Shown here: positions 26,306-36,003 of the stretch, one piece after another
Layout: every line of letters begins with the position of its first letter
Position numbering within the stretch: position 1 is the stretch's first letter
Translations under genes and position numbers: made by a program
Notes under the pieces: model-generated
What the model was told of the DNA's origin: nothing
What the model saw: only the letters and a program-made list of their open reading frames with translations
The model's database searches: none
Origin: Deltaproteobacteria bacterium
GTDB taxonomy: Bacteria; Desulfobacterota; Desulfobacteria; Desulfobacterales; Desulfatibacillaceae
Direction: 5' to 3'
DNA length: 64,000 bases
Assembly: GCA_016235345.1 (NCBI GenBank)
Contig: JACRLG010000028.1
Location: forward strand, 1-64,000

Positions 26306-27202
26306 ATGAGTCAGGAACATAGAGACTGCTTCGTGGTGGCTGGCAAGCTCGCCCTTCCCTACCAGTATTTTGCGGGAAGCACGGGGTCGAAGTTCATCAC
26401 AACGCTTAGGGACAAGAAACAGATTCTCGGAGTCAGGTGCGACAAGTGCAACAAGGTTTTCGTTCCGCCCCGCAAAAACTGCGAGGTCTGCCTGTCGCCT
26501 ACCGGCGACAACTGGGTTGAACTGAAGGACACCGGCACGGTGGTCAACTGGACCGTCATCCGCTACGCCGAGCCGCACCAGCCCGTTGCGCCGCCATACA
26601 TTCTGGCCCTCATCAAGCTGGACGGCGCCGACACGCCCTTCGCCCACATAGTGACGGGCATCGCCGCCAGCCAGATGAAGGAAGGCCAGAGGGTCAAGGC
26701 CCGCTTCGCCAAAAAGACCACCAACACCATCATGGACATAGAATGCTTCAGGCCGCTCCCGCCCAAATTCCAGGTGGGCTACACCTACGACGAGCTTGAA
26801 ATCGGCATGTCCGCAAGTTTCACCAAGACCATCACAGAGACCGACGTCTACCTTTTCGCGGGCATTTCGGGCGACTTCAACCCCATGCATCTTAATGAGG
26901 AATTCGCAAAGCTTACGCCCTTCGGCACCCGCATAGCCCACGGAGCCCTTCCCCAGAGCCTCATCGCAAGTGTTCTGGGCATGAAGCTTCCGGGCCTTGG
27001 CACGGTGGCCCTTGAAATCAACACGCGCTTTCTCGGCCCCACCTACTTCGGCGACACGGTGACAGCCTCCGCCGAAGTTGTGGAAAAGCTCGAAAAAAAG
27101 CGCTGGGTGCGTCTCAATCTTTCCTGGACCAACCAGAAGGATCAATTGATCGGCACGGGCACAGCCTTGGTCATACCTCCCGCCCCCGTGCAGACCGACT
27201 AA
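26306..27202 (+). CDS. DUF35 (Zn-ribbon and OB-fold) - MaoC-like (R)-hydratase fusion, ChsH2-like.
   Basis: N-terminus CDKCNKVFVPPRKNCEVC plus OB fold. C-terminal hot-dog motifs FAGISGDFNPMHLNEEFA and IAHGAL. RBS AAAGGAGGA precedes ATG 26306. Confidence 0.8.
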   Translation: MSQEHRDCFVVAGKLALPYQYFAGSTGSKFITTLRDKKQILGVRCDKCNKVFVPPRKNCEVCLSPTGDNWVELKDTGTVVNWTVIRYAEPHQPVAPPYILALIKLDGADTPFAHIVTGIAASQMKEGQRVKARFAKKTTNTIMDIECFRPLPPKFQVGYTYDELEIGMSASFTKTITETDVYLFAGISGDFNPMHLNEEFAKLTPFGTRIAHGALPQSLIASVLGMKLPGLGTVALEINTRFLGPTYFGDTVTASAEVVEKLEKKRWVRLNLSWTNQKDQLIGTGTALVIPPAPVQTD

Positions 27203-27308
27203 AAACGCGAATCGCTGTGTCAGAGCAAAGCGGGCGGGTCGTCATGTACGGCAAGTACTATTCCTCCCCGCCCGCTTCACTCTTCCTTGCGCTTCATCGT
27301 TTTTATCC
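27196..27308 (+). repeat. Intergenic palindromic repeat element, copy D (subfamily 2).
   Basis: GACTAAAAACGCGAA overlaps the stop codon of the upstream gene. Core GGGTCGTCATGTACGGCAAGTACTATTCCTCCCCGC. Confidence 0.7.
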
Positions 27309-27364
27309 GGTCTGCATGTGAATGCCTCCGGGCAGCAGTCCGATTAGTCATGGGGTTTTCCATT

Positions 27365-28531
27365 ATGGGGGGCTTGTCCATGATCGATTTTAAAAGCATC
27401 GCCCGCGATTTGAAGGCGGGCAGGCCCCCGGCCCTGGGGGATTTTCCGCCCCGGATGCTGGATTTTTTCGCCGAAGCGGCGAGTCTGCGGGGCAAATTCT
27501 CCACCCTTTCCAATCTCGAACGCCTCACATGCTGCATAAGGCACAAATCGCCCGACCGGGTTCCGGTTACGCCCCTGGCCAATGCCGCATCCAGGCAGAT
27601 TCTCGGAATCAGCTTCCCCGATTACTCCCAAAAAGCGGAATCAGCAGCCGACTGCTTCATGGCGGGGCTTAATCTCCTGGGCGGGGACATGGCGGTGCTT
27701 CTCGTTGATCTTTCGGTGGAAGCCGAGGGCTTCGGCCAGAAGATAATTTATCCGCTCAATTCCACCGCCCGTCCCGACTACGGCGATCCTGTGGTCAAAT
27801 CAACCGACGATTACGAAAAAATCCGCCCGGTCCTGCTTGAAAATTCAAAGCGGATGAAAGAATTCGTGAAGCTGTGCGAAATAATGGTCGCCCGCTGCGG
27901 ATTTTCCTATATGGTGAGCGGCTTCGTCTTCGGGCCGCTTGGGGTTCTGGCCATGATGCGCGGGGCCGAGCACCTTTTTAAAGACTGCGTGCTTCACCCC
28001 AAAAAAGTGATGAAGGCCCTTGAGGCGATAACCGAGACCCTTTGCGAATTCACCCAGGCCCAGTGCGACGCGGGCGTGGGCGCAATCGCCATAGACACCC
28101 TTTTCGCCTCCTATAACGGGCTTTCCAAGGAGCTTTGGGAGAAAATCGAAGGCCCTTTTGCGAGGGAAATCGCCCAGGTCATCAAGCGAAACGGCAGGGT
28201 CGTGGGCATCCACAACTGCGGCCACGGCATCTATTTCGACGCCCAGATAAGAAGCATGGAGCCTGAACTCATCAGCTTCGCCCATCTTCCGGACGACTGC
28301 GCAACCGAGCGCGACCTCGTGGAGCGCTACGGCGACTCCATCACCCTTGTGGGCTGCGTTCCCACCCCCCTCCTGATTCACGGAACGCCCCAAGAGGTCA
28401 TGGACGAGAGCCGAAGGCAAATCGACGTTTTCGGAAAAAACGGCGGCTTCGTGCTTGCCCCCGGCTGCGAGTATCCCCCCAACGTCCCCCTTGTGAACGC
28501 CCTGGCCCTGGTCAGGGCCGCAACGTCGTGA
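27365..28531 (+). CDS. Uroporphyrinogen-decarboxylase-family methyltransferase (MtaA/MtbA-like methylcobamide methyltransferase). Start uncertain; candidates are 27350, 27365, 27380 and 27455.
   Basis: URO-D fold with the C-terminal GGFVLAPGCEYPPNVPLVNALALV typical of MtaA/CmuA-like enzymes. Confidence 0.65.
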   Translation: MGGLSMIDFKSIARDLKAGRPPALGDFPPRMLDFFAEAASLRGKFSTLSNLERLTCCIRHKSPDRVPVTPLANAASRQILGISFPDYSQKAESAADCFMAGLNLLGGDMAVLLVDLSVEAEGFGQKIIYPLNSTARPDYGDPVVKSTDDYEKIRPVLLENSKRMKEFVKLCEIMVARCGFSYMVSGFVFGPLGVLAMMRGAEHLFKDCVLHPKKVMKALEAITETLCEFTQAQCDAGVGAIAIDTLFASYNGLSKELWEKIEGPFAREIAQVIKRNGRVVGIHNCGHGIYFDAQIRSMEPELISFAHLPDDCATERDLVERYGDSITLVGCVPTPLLIHGTPQEVMDESRRQIDVFGKNGGFVLAPGCEYPPNVPLVNALALVRAATS

Positions 28532-28541
28532 GGAGAGAGCT

Positions 28542-29201
28542 ATGAAACAAGTGGTTTCGTATGAAGCTGTTTCTTCCGACATCGCCCGCGCCGTGGCTTT
28601 GAGGGACTCGGAAAAACTGGACAGCCTTGTCATCACCGCCAAAAATGCTGACATGCCCAAACATGATGCAATGGCGGCCCTCACACGCGGCATCGAAGTG
28701 GCCAGGGGCGAATTTTCGGCAAACCGCCTTGCAATCCCTGAATTTCTGATCTGCCTTGATCTTATGAACGAGGCGATGGACGCTTTTTCCGATCTGCCCG
28801 ACTCCGGGCCTTCACTGATAAATCGGCCCCGCATGGTGATAGGAGTTGCGGAAGGCGACGTTCACGACCTCGGCAAAAACGTGGTGGCGGCTGTCTGCCG
28901 GGCCTATGGTTTTGAGGTGACTGACCTTGGCCGCGACGTTACGCCTGCGGTTTTCATCAATGCGGTGAAGAAAACGGAAGCTCACGTTCTGGCGGTTTCG
29001 GCCATGATGTCCACTCCTTTGAACGCCATGCGGGAGACCGTGGCGCTGTGCCGAAGGGAATGCCCGGAAACCCTTGTTTTCGTCGGCGGGGCCGCAGTTG
29101 ACGAAAAGCTCGCCCTTGGCATGGGAGCAAACGCCACGGCGGTAAACGCGGCTCTTCTGCCCGGAGTCTTTTCAAAGCTCAGGCTTCTTCCGTCTCCCTG
29201 A
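28542..29201 (+). CDS. Cobalamin (B12)-binding corrinoid protein.
   Basis: B12-binding_2 helical cap plus a Rossmann domain with the DxHxxG motif (GDVHDLGKN) and SAMMST. Confidence 0.8.
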   Translation: MKQVVSYEAVSSDIARAVALRDSEKLDSLVITAKNADMPKHDAMAALTRGIEVARGEFSANRLAIPEFLICLDLMNEAMDAFSDLPDSGPSLINRPRMVIGVAEGDVHDLGKNVVAAVCRAYGFEVTDLGRDVTPAVFINAVKKTEAHVLAVSAMMSTPLNAMRETVALCRRECPETLVFVGGAAVDEKLALGMGANATAVNAALLPGVFSKLRLLPSP

Positions 29202-29223
29202 AAAACCCAAGGAGGAAACTTAC

Positions 29224-29868
29224 GTGAAAATCCGCAAAAGAATGATCGCCGCCTTGATTGCGCTTGCGGCGCTTCTCTTTCTCATGGCCGCTCCCGTGCT
29301 GTCCGGGGCTCCTTCCTACCTCCCCATTGACGGCGACATAATCTTCCAGACCTCAAAATCATCCCAAAGCCGCCTGGTGCAGACGGCCACGGCCTCCCCC
29401 TTGAGCCATATGGGGCTTGTGTTCATCGAAAAGGGGCGTCCGGTGGTGTACGAGGCGGTAGGCCCGGTCAGGGTCATGCCCTTAAAGGACTGGATCAAAA
29501 GGGGGGAAGGGGAAAAATTCGAGGTGAAGCGCCTGAAAAACGTGAAAGAGCTTCTGAAGGCGTCGGCTGTAAGGAAGTTGAAGGCATCCGCCCGCACTTT
29601 TCTCGGCAAAAATTACGACGCCCGTTTCCAGTGGAGCGATGAGAGCATCTACTGCTCCGAACTGGTGTGGAAGGCTTATGACAGGACGCTTGGCATTAAG
29701 CTTTGCCCCTTGAAAAAAATGAAGGATTTCAACCTGGCTGACAAGGCCGTGAAAACCGAGCTTGAAAAACGCCACAACGGGCGAATCCCCATGGACGAAC
29801 CAGTCGTAGCGCCGGTGGACATTTACCGTTCAAAGCTCCTTGTAACAGTGGTCGGCAAGGCTTCATAA
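29224..29868 (+). CDS. YiiX-family permuted papain-like (DUF830) protein with a signal peptide.
   Basis: N-terminal signal sequence, GDIIFQ and SHMGLV motifs, and YCSELVWKAY with a conserved Cys, resembling YiiX-like enzymes. Confidence 0.55.
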   Translation: MKIRKRMIAALIALAALLFLMAAPVLSGAPSYLPIDGDIIFQTSKSSQSRLVQTATASPLSHMGLVFIEKGRPVVYEAVGPVRVMPLKDWIKRGEGEKFEVKRLKNVKELLKASAVRKLKASARTFLGKNYDARFQWSDESIYCSELVWKAYDRTLGIKLCPLKKMKDFNLADKAVKTELEKRHNGRIPMDEPVVAPVDIYRSKLLVTVVGKAS

Positions 29869-29921
29869 CATGTCTTTATAATTGTCTTTTCCGTGGGGGG
29901 ACAGCCCATCAGGAGGATAAA

Positions 29922-31082
29922 ATGTCTTTCGAGTTCAGCACCAAGGCAGGATGCCAGGAGTACTTCACCAAGGCCCACGAGATGTTTCGGAAGGCCGTGG
30001 CGGATTTCGTGAAAAAGGAGATACTCCCTTTTGTGGATGAGTGGGAGGAGGCGGGCGAGTTTCCCCGCGAGCTTTACAAAAAGGCCGGTGACGCGGACAT
30101 ATTATCCATCTGCTACCCTGAGGATGTGGGCGGAACACCGGCTGACGTGTTTTTCGCGGTAACGCTCACCGAAGAGCTGATGAAATGCACCTCGGCGGGG
30201 CTTGTGGCAAGCCTGGGAAGCCACGGGATCTCGATTCCGCCCATAGTGCGCCACGGAACGCCGGACCAGAAAAAGCGCTTCGTGGAGCCGGTTTTGAGGG
30301 GCGAGAGGATTTCCGCCCTTGGAATCACGGAGCCGGGGGGCGGCTCGGACGTCGCCAACATCCAGACAACAGCCTTGCGCGAGGGCGATTTCTACTTGGT
30401 GAACGGCTCCAAAACCTTCATCACCTCCGGCTGCCGGGCGGACCAGATAACGACAGCGGTGCGTACTGGCGGGCCGGGTCACGCCGGAATCAGCTTTCTT
30501 CTCATCGAAACGAACACCCCCGGTTTCAAGGTGGGGGCGAAACTCAAAAAGATGGGCTGGTGGGCCTCGGACACCGCAGAGCTTTATTTCGACAACTGCA
30601 GGGTTCCGGCTGAAAACCTTATCGGCGCGGAAAACGGCGGGTTTTACATCATAATGGAAAACTTCCAGACCGAGCGGCTTTCCCTTGCCATAATGGCCAA
30701 TACCACCAGTGAAATCGCGCTCAACGAGGCGCAGAAGTACGCAAAGGAGCGCCACGCATTCGGAAAGCCAATTTCTGCCTTCCAGGTGACACGGCACAAG
30801 CTGGCGGACATGGCCACCCTTTTGACCGCAAGCAAGGAATTCACCTACCGGGTGGCGGCCAAAATCGACGCGGGCCAGAACATGGTGAAGGAAGTTAGCA
30901 TGGCCAAGAACTTCGCCTGCTCGGTAGCCGACAAGGTGACGTACGACGCGGTGCAGATTTTCGGCGGCGCGGGCTACATGCGCGGAACAGTGGTGGAGAG
31001 GCTTTTCCGCGACAACCGCATTCTTTCCATCGGCGGCGGAACCCAGGAGATAATGAAGGAGATCATCTCGAAACTCATGTGA
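29922..31082 (+). CDS. Acyl-CoA dehydrogenase.
   Basis: 386 aa ACAD (GITEPGGGSDV, IFGGAGYMRGTVVERLFRDNRILSIGGGTQEI). Confidence 0.9.
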   Translation: MSFEFSTKAGCQEYFTKAHEMFRKAVADFVKKEILPFVDEWEEAGEFPRELYKKAGDADILSICYPEDVGGTPADVFFAVTLTEELMKCTSAGLVASLGSHGISIPPIVRHGTPDQKKRFVEPVLRGERISALGITEPGGGSDVANIQTTALREGDFYLVNGSKTFITSGCRADQITTAVRTGGPGHAGISFLLIETNTPGFKVGAKLKKMGWWASDTAELYFDNCRVPAENLIGAENGGFYIIMENFQTERLSLAIMANTTSEIALNEAQKYAKERHAFGKPISAFQVTRHKLADMATLLTASKEFTYRVAAKIDAGQNMVKEVSMAKNFACSVADKVTYDAVQIFGGAGYMRGTVVERLFRDNRILSIGGGTQEIMKEIISKLM

Positions 31083-31102
31083 CGGGTGGTTTTTCCCATC
31101 GG

Positions 31103-31148
31103 AAAAAAATGCCGGGGCCCGACGTTTCGGGGCTCCGGCATTTTTTTC
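31103..31148. terminator. Bidirectional rho-independent terminator between convergent genes.
   Basis: AAAAAAATGCCGG..GC-rich hairpin..CCGGCATTTTTTT, with an A-run and a T-run flanking a 13-bp outer stem. Confidence 0.6.
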
Positions 31149-31174
31149 GCCAGCCGTCCGTTCTCCCGGCCGCG

Positions 31175-33349
31175 TCATTCGGCGAACCACTTGAGCCAGA
31201 CAACCGCCACCGCCAGGACCAACATGAGGATGCCCGTCAGCCAGTAGGCCAGGGTGTGCTTCTCCTCGGCGTAGGGGTCGTTCATAAGCCTTTCAGCCCC
31301 GGCGGGGAGCTTGGCGAGGGAAGTCAGGCTGTGGCCGAAGGCGATGTTGATCTTGGCCCTTGTGTTCACCGCCCAGCCGGACGCGTCCAGAAGCGGCCCA
31401 AGGTTCCTCTGGCGCAATTTAAGCCACGCCATGAGCATTGAAGGCCCTGAAATCAGGAGAATAATTCCGATCAACGCAATGGGCATCTTCCACCAGGAAA
31501 GGGCCATGAAGCCGGTCACCACCGAGGCTATGGCGGTGCCTATGGCACCCACCGCAAGACCGATGGCTGCGAAGATTCCGGCGAAGCGGGCCACGTCGAA
31601 GGGGGCGGGAAGAGCTCCGGGCTTGGGCGCGGGTTTTGACTCCTCCAACTTTTTACCGGCATCGGCGATTTTTGCGGCCCCCGCGTCCCCTACGGCCTTG
31701 TCCTTGGCCGCCGCGAACTTATCCACCTGCTCGCCTATCATGCGGGCGACCCGCTTGTAGGGAGCGAAAAACGCCTGCCTGATGCTTATGGGATGCTCCA
31801 CTATCTTCACTATGGTTGCGTCCCAGTCATTGCCGGCCTTGTCGTAGAACACCCCGTTCCGGCCCACCATCAACTGGTCGCCGTCGCCGTTGGTCACCGC
31901 TCCCGCGATGGTCATTTTGGCGTCTGAGCCTTTGCGTGTGCAGTCGCAATAGGCCAGGTACATGCGGCTCAAGCCCGCAAGCGCGCCGTGCTTTGCCATG
32001 TCGTGAACCTTCACGCAAAGGTCCAGGGCCTTGCCGTCAATGTAAAGTGTTCCGGCCTGAAAAACAGCCGTATCCAGCCCCTTGTAAAACTCGGCAAACG
32101 ACACGAAATTAGTAAGCAGCCTGTGAAGGTCGCGGGTGTAGCGCACCAATCGTTTTACGGAAGAGACCGACTCGAATTCGACCTTTTTGGCCTCGTCCAT
32201 TTCGATCAAGGAAATTATGGCTTCTCTTACCCCGCCTTCAATAATCTCCCGAACCCTTTTGCGACCAAGCTTTTCAACGGATGTTTCCACGCGCTTGGCT
32301 ATGGTTTCCTCGTAACGGGCAAATCGTGAAACAAGATCGCCAAACTCATTCTCGGTAAGGCTGTCTTTGGGACCGATGAGCGGAACCACGACTTTGGAGG
32401 AGAAATCCTTCATGGCGGCCAGAAACGCCGGGTTGACTCCCTCGAACATCGGCAGGGGGCGTCCGGGAGCCACTGGGGCAAGCGGGAAACGGGCGATGGA
32501 TGCAAGGGAGGCCGAAAGCTCCTCGCCCGATATCGCCTCGTAATCGGCGGGGGTAAGGTTCAGGGCCGCGCCCGCCTCGGCGTCGAAGCCCGCAAGGCGG
32601 CAGCGGATATAGTAGTCTTCAATCTTCGCCTTGACAGCCGTCAATGATGCGTGGGCGGCCCGGGTTTCCTCTCCGAGAATGAGAATGGCCCCGTTTTCCC
32701 TGTCCAGCTCGTCCCGCCAGGTCAAAAACGTTTCAGCCTCATCGAAAAAATTATACAAAAGCTCCCGGCTTACGCCAAGCTCGCCGGAGCGGTCGGTTTC
32801 GCCTCCCGCGCAGTTCAGAATATCCTTCATGGCGGCGGCAACCTTTGGATCTTCAACCGACGAAACCGGCACTATTCCGTCGCCGTTAAATCTGGCTTTG
32901 GCGAACAGCTCCTCGACATCGTCGATGTCTTCGGCGCTGATGGATGTGGCGTCGGGCTTTTCAAGGGTTTTCAGTATCTCCCTGGCGCTCGCGAGAACCG
33001 CCCTGCCCTCTTCGGTGTCGTCTTTTATGGAATCAAGGGGAAGCTCGGTAAGGCGCTTTACGAGATCGTCCGGGTTTTTCAGAAGGGATGAGGCCAGGCG
33101 CGCCGCCTCGATGACTTCGGGAACCCTTATGCGCCCATCGCCGTCGGTATCCATGAGGGATAGGGTCTCTTCATCGAATTCCAAGCCCTTCACCGGGCAG
33201 GCCAGGGCTGTCCAGAGCTTGGGATCGAGTTCTTTTAGGGCCGCGATGTCGCGCCCCGAATCCAGCATCACCTGGTCGAAACCGCCTAACCGGAAAAACC
33301 TGAACCTGTGACCCGCCCCGTTTTTTTTGAGAATCTCCATGATGGCCAA
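31175..33349 (-). CDS. Large hypothetical protein with an EF-hand-like Ca-binding motif and a C-terminal membrane anchor.
   Basis: 724 aa. DTDGDGRIRVPE loop and two or three C-terminal hydrophobic helices. No recognisable catalytic family. Confidence 0.6.
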   Translation of the reverse strand: MAIMEILKKNGAGHRFRFFRLGGFDQVMLDSGRDIAALKELDPKLWTALACPVKGLEFDEETLSLMDTDGDGRIRVPEVIEAARLASSLLKNPDDLVKRLTELPLDSIKDDTEEGRAVLASAREILKTLEKPDATSISAEDIDDVEELFAKARFNGDGIVPVSSVEDPKVAAAMKDILNCAGGETDRSGELGVSRELLYNFFDEAETFLTWRDELDRENGAILILGEETRAAHASLTAVKAKIEDYYIRCRLAGFDAEAGAALNLTPADYEAISGEELSASLASIARFPLAPVAPGRPLPMFEGVNPAFLAAMKDFSSKVVVPLIGPKDSLTENEFGDLVSRFARYEETIAKRVETSVEKLGRKRVREIIEGGVREAIISLIEMDEAKKVEFESVSSVKRLVRYTRDLHRLLTNFVSFAEFYKGLDTAVFQAGTLYIDGKALDLCVKVHDMAKHGALAGLSRMYLAYCDCTRKGSDAKMTIAGAVTNGDGDQLMVGRNGVFYDKAGNDWDATIVKIVEHPISIRQAFFAPYKRVARMIGEQVDKFAAAKDKAVGDAGAAKIADAGKKLEESKPAPKPGALPAPFDVARFAGIFAAIGLAVGAIGTAIASVVTGFMALSWWKMPIALIGIILLISGPSMLMAWLKLRQRNLGPLLDASGWAVNTRAKINIAFGHSLTSLAKLPAGAERLMNDPYAEEKHTLAYWLTGILMLVLAVAVVWLKWFAE

Positions 33350-33382
33350 GATATCTTCCTTTCCGGTTGCGAAACGAAAGGA

Positions 33383-34423
33383 TCATGGCCTTTCGATAAA
33401 CTCGATTCTGGCCTCCTCCCGCTTTACAATATTGTCAATTTTGCCCTGTGGCCAGCCGATGACGAGGCTGGTGATGATCTTGAACGGCTCTTCGATCTTG
33501 AGCATCTTTTTTAAGTCGGGAAAAAAGCTGATGGCCTTGGCAAGGCTCACGTAGCAGGTTCCGAGCCCCAGGGAGTGGGCCGCAAGAACCATGTTCTGGC
33601 CGCAAATGCCGATGTCGAGGTCAATGTCGCCGATGCCCCTTTTATCGGCCAGCAACAGCACCAGGCAGGGCGCGCCGAAAAAAATGTCGTAACCGGGGTC
33701 GGAGGATGCCGCGTTTATGCCGCCTCGCGCCCTTGGCTCGATCTCGCCGGTCTTGAGTTTTATCAGGAGCGGCAACACGGCCTGCTGCCAGGGGGCGAGG
33801 CTGGCCTTGGCGTCGCCCGGCGTCTTCTTGTTGATCCATGGGTGCGGCAGGGTGAGCCAGGACACCCAGTAAAGAGCTTTTTTGCATTTTTCGTTGATTT
33901 GGTCAATAAGGCCCCGGTCGTCCACAACCACGAATTTCCAGGGCTGGTTGTTTCCCGCCGACGGCGCGAAGCGGCCCGCCTCGATGACCCGCCTTATCAT
34001 CTCGCGGGAAACGGGCTTTTTACGGTACATGCGGTTGCTGCGCCTTTTGTATATGACCTTCTCCGTTTCCGTGAGAAGAGGTTCGATTTCATCAAAGGGC
34101 GTCTTTTCCATTCCGGCGATGGGCGCGGGCGGGGTTTTCCCGCCGGAAAACAGGTGATCGTTTTTCCAAAAGCCTTTTTCCACCCTGTAGTCGCCTTCTA
34201 TGTTAATTGCTCCCTGGGGGCATACCGCCGCGCAGTTCTGGCATGTTATGCAGCGGAAATGATCGTAGCGCCCGTTGGGGCGGCTCTTTTTTTCGAAAAG
34301 CTCCAGAAGCTGGATCGGGCAGGATTTCACGCACCTGCCGCAGCCGTTGCATTTTTCCGCATCCAGAACAAACCTTGCGTATTTTGCTTCGGGAAGATTC
34401 AGAAGCCTTATGTTTTCAAGCAT
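33383..34423 (-). CDS. Ferredoxin (2x[4Fe-4S]) - nitroreductase family fusion.
   Basis: CNGCGRCVKSCP and CITCQNCAAVCP cluster motifs followed by a nitroreductase fold (AGRFAPSAGNNQPWKFVVV). Confidence 0.8.
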   Translation of the reverse strand: MLENIRLLNLPEAKYARFVLDAEKCNGCGRCVKSCPIQLLELFEKKSRPNGRYDHFRCITCQNCAAVCPQGAINIEGDYRVEKGFWKNDHLFSGGKTPPAPIAGMEKTPFDEIEPLLTETEKVIYKRRSNRMYRKKPVSREMIRRVIEAGRFAPSAGNNQPWKFVVVDDRGLIDQINEKCKKALYWVSWLTLPHPWINKKTPGDAKASLAPWQQAVLPLLIKLKTGEIEPRARGGINAASSDPGYDIFFGAPCLVLLLADKRGIGDIDLDIGICGQNMVLAAHSLGLGTCYVSLAKAISFFPDLKKMLKIEEPFKIITSLVIGWPQGKIDNIVKREEARIEFIERP

Positions 34424-34758
34424 GAGACTCTCCTTTCGAGTCGCTTTGCGCAGATGATCCAGGCGGATTTCATGAGCCCCTAAAGCCAGGGAACCAACGG
34501 TGAAAAAAATCAGTAGAAATCCAATATTCGTGCGATTATCGCAACTCGACCTTTACGTCAATCAAATTTCGTACAGCGGGTCAACAGGATTGATGCCGGG
34601 AATAGCAGCATGTGGACAGAATGATTTTACAATCGTAAAAATTACATGATTTCAAATGGCTATAATCATTTCCAGAAAATTTGACTTGCGTGGGACTCGA
34701 AAACAGATTATGAACAGTAAGAAGTTAGTAAGCCTATTTTATACAACAGGAGAAAATT

Positions 34759-35664
34759 ATGGATTCGCCCCCGAAATGGTTCCGCATAGGGCAGTTGGAG
34801 AAGCTCTCAGGCGTCAACCGCCGCACCATCCATTTTTATCTCAAGGAAGGGCTTCTTCCGCCGCCCATGAAAACCGGCAAAACCATGTCCTATTACGACG
34901 AAACCCACCTTAAACGGTTGAAAGCCATAGCCGAATCCAAGGAGGAGGGCCTTCCCCTTTTCGCCATAAGGGAAAGGCTTTCGGAGATGGAGGAGGAAAA
35001 AAGCCGGACTCCTGCCCAGGTAAAAAACCCGTCATCCAAAAAGGCCCTGCCCAAAAGCGCCCAGGGCAACCGGACCCGCGAGGCCGTGCTTGAGCTGGGC
35101 TGTCGGCTTTTTCGCCAGAAGGGTTACAAGAACACCAAGGTTTCGGACATCACCAAGCGCCTTAACGTGGGCAAGGGAACGTTTTATTTTTATTTCACGG
35201 ATAAAAAGGAGCTTTTCCTTGAATGCGTTCCCAGGATTTTTGCCGAGATTTTTTCAACAGGCTGGGAAAAAATAGCAAAGGAAAACGATCCGGCCATAAG
35301 GCTCAAGATTCGCGGCCAGCTCGTCTGGCCGGTGCTTGGCGAATTCTGTTCCATCCTCTCCCTTTCCAAGGAGGCCATGGAGGACCCGGACCCCAAGCTC
35401 AGAAAACTGGGCGAGCAGATTTACGCCTCCATCTGGGGGCCGGTGGTGAGCGACATCAAAAAGGGCATCGCAATGGGGCGCTTCCGGCAGGTTGACCCAA
35501 AGGTGCACGCGTCCATCATAATAGGGGCAACCGAGGGCCTTCACCACCTTTTCAAGCACCACAAGGACGTGCCCGCCGGGGCTTACGACGACGCCATTTT
35601 TCATCTTTTCGCCAAGGGGATAATGACCGACGCCCCGGAACCCCCCGGAGAAGCCTTTGCCTGA
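34759..35664 (+). CDS. Transcriptional regulator, MerR-type HTH fused to a TetR-type HTH/ligand domain.
   Basis: N-terminal FRIGQLEKLSGVNRRTIHFYLKEGLL (MerR). A second HTH TREAVLELGCRLFRQKGYKNTKVSDITKRLNVGKGTFYFYF (TetR) comes after a linker. Confidence 0.75.
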   Translation: MDSPPKWFRIGQLEKLSGVNRRTIHFYLKEGLLPPPMKTGKTMSYYDETHLKRLKAIAESKEEGLPLFAIRERLSEMEEEKSRTPAQVKNPSSKKALPKSAQGNRTREAVLELGCRLFRQKGYKNTKVSDITKRLNVGKGTFYFYFTDKKELFLECVPRIFAEIFSTGWEKIAKENDPAIRLKIRGQLVWPVLGEFCSILSLSKEAMEDPDPKLRKLGEQIYASIWGPVVSDIKKGIAMGRFRQVDPKVHASIIIGATEGLHHLFKHHKDVPAGAYDDAIFHLFAKGIMTDAPEPPGEAFA

Positions 35665-35880
35665 AACCGCCTTTCGGTGATAAACTTTACACCTATTGGC
35701 TATAAGCTGGCTCTTTTTTGACGCTGGGCGTCCTGGCCTGTGACGCCCAGCCCGTCAAGCCTGGTCCGCCCGAAAAACTCCGATCCGACTGCTTTTGAAC
35801 ATCATTCTTCCATGCCCCTCAAACGTCGCTGAGACTATCCAGTTCCAATCCCAGGAATTTGTCCACCCGTAAAATTTCGC

Positions 35881-35909
35881 TTGACTATCGAGTCAGAATC
35901 TTCTAAATT
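35881..35909 (+). promoter_or_regulatory. Putative sigma70-like promoter (TTGACT-17-TAAATT) overlapped by the perfect palindrome TGACTatcgAGTCA (putative operator), upstream of the thiolase and PaaK-like ligase genes.
   Basis: Hexamers spaced 17 nt about 95 bp upstream of ATG 36004. The 14-bp palindrome overlaps the -35 element. Confidence 0.3.
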
Positions 35910-36003
35910 CCGACCTTAAAGTCAACGACTTCAAACCGCGCCGCCGGGAAGGTTTTTCACCGGTTGAAGGCTGCGGCAAAGACCTACGGAAAGGATTTTT
36001 TTC

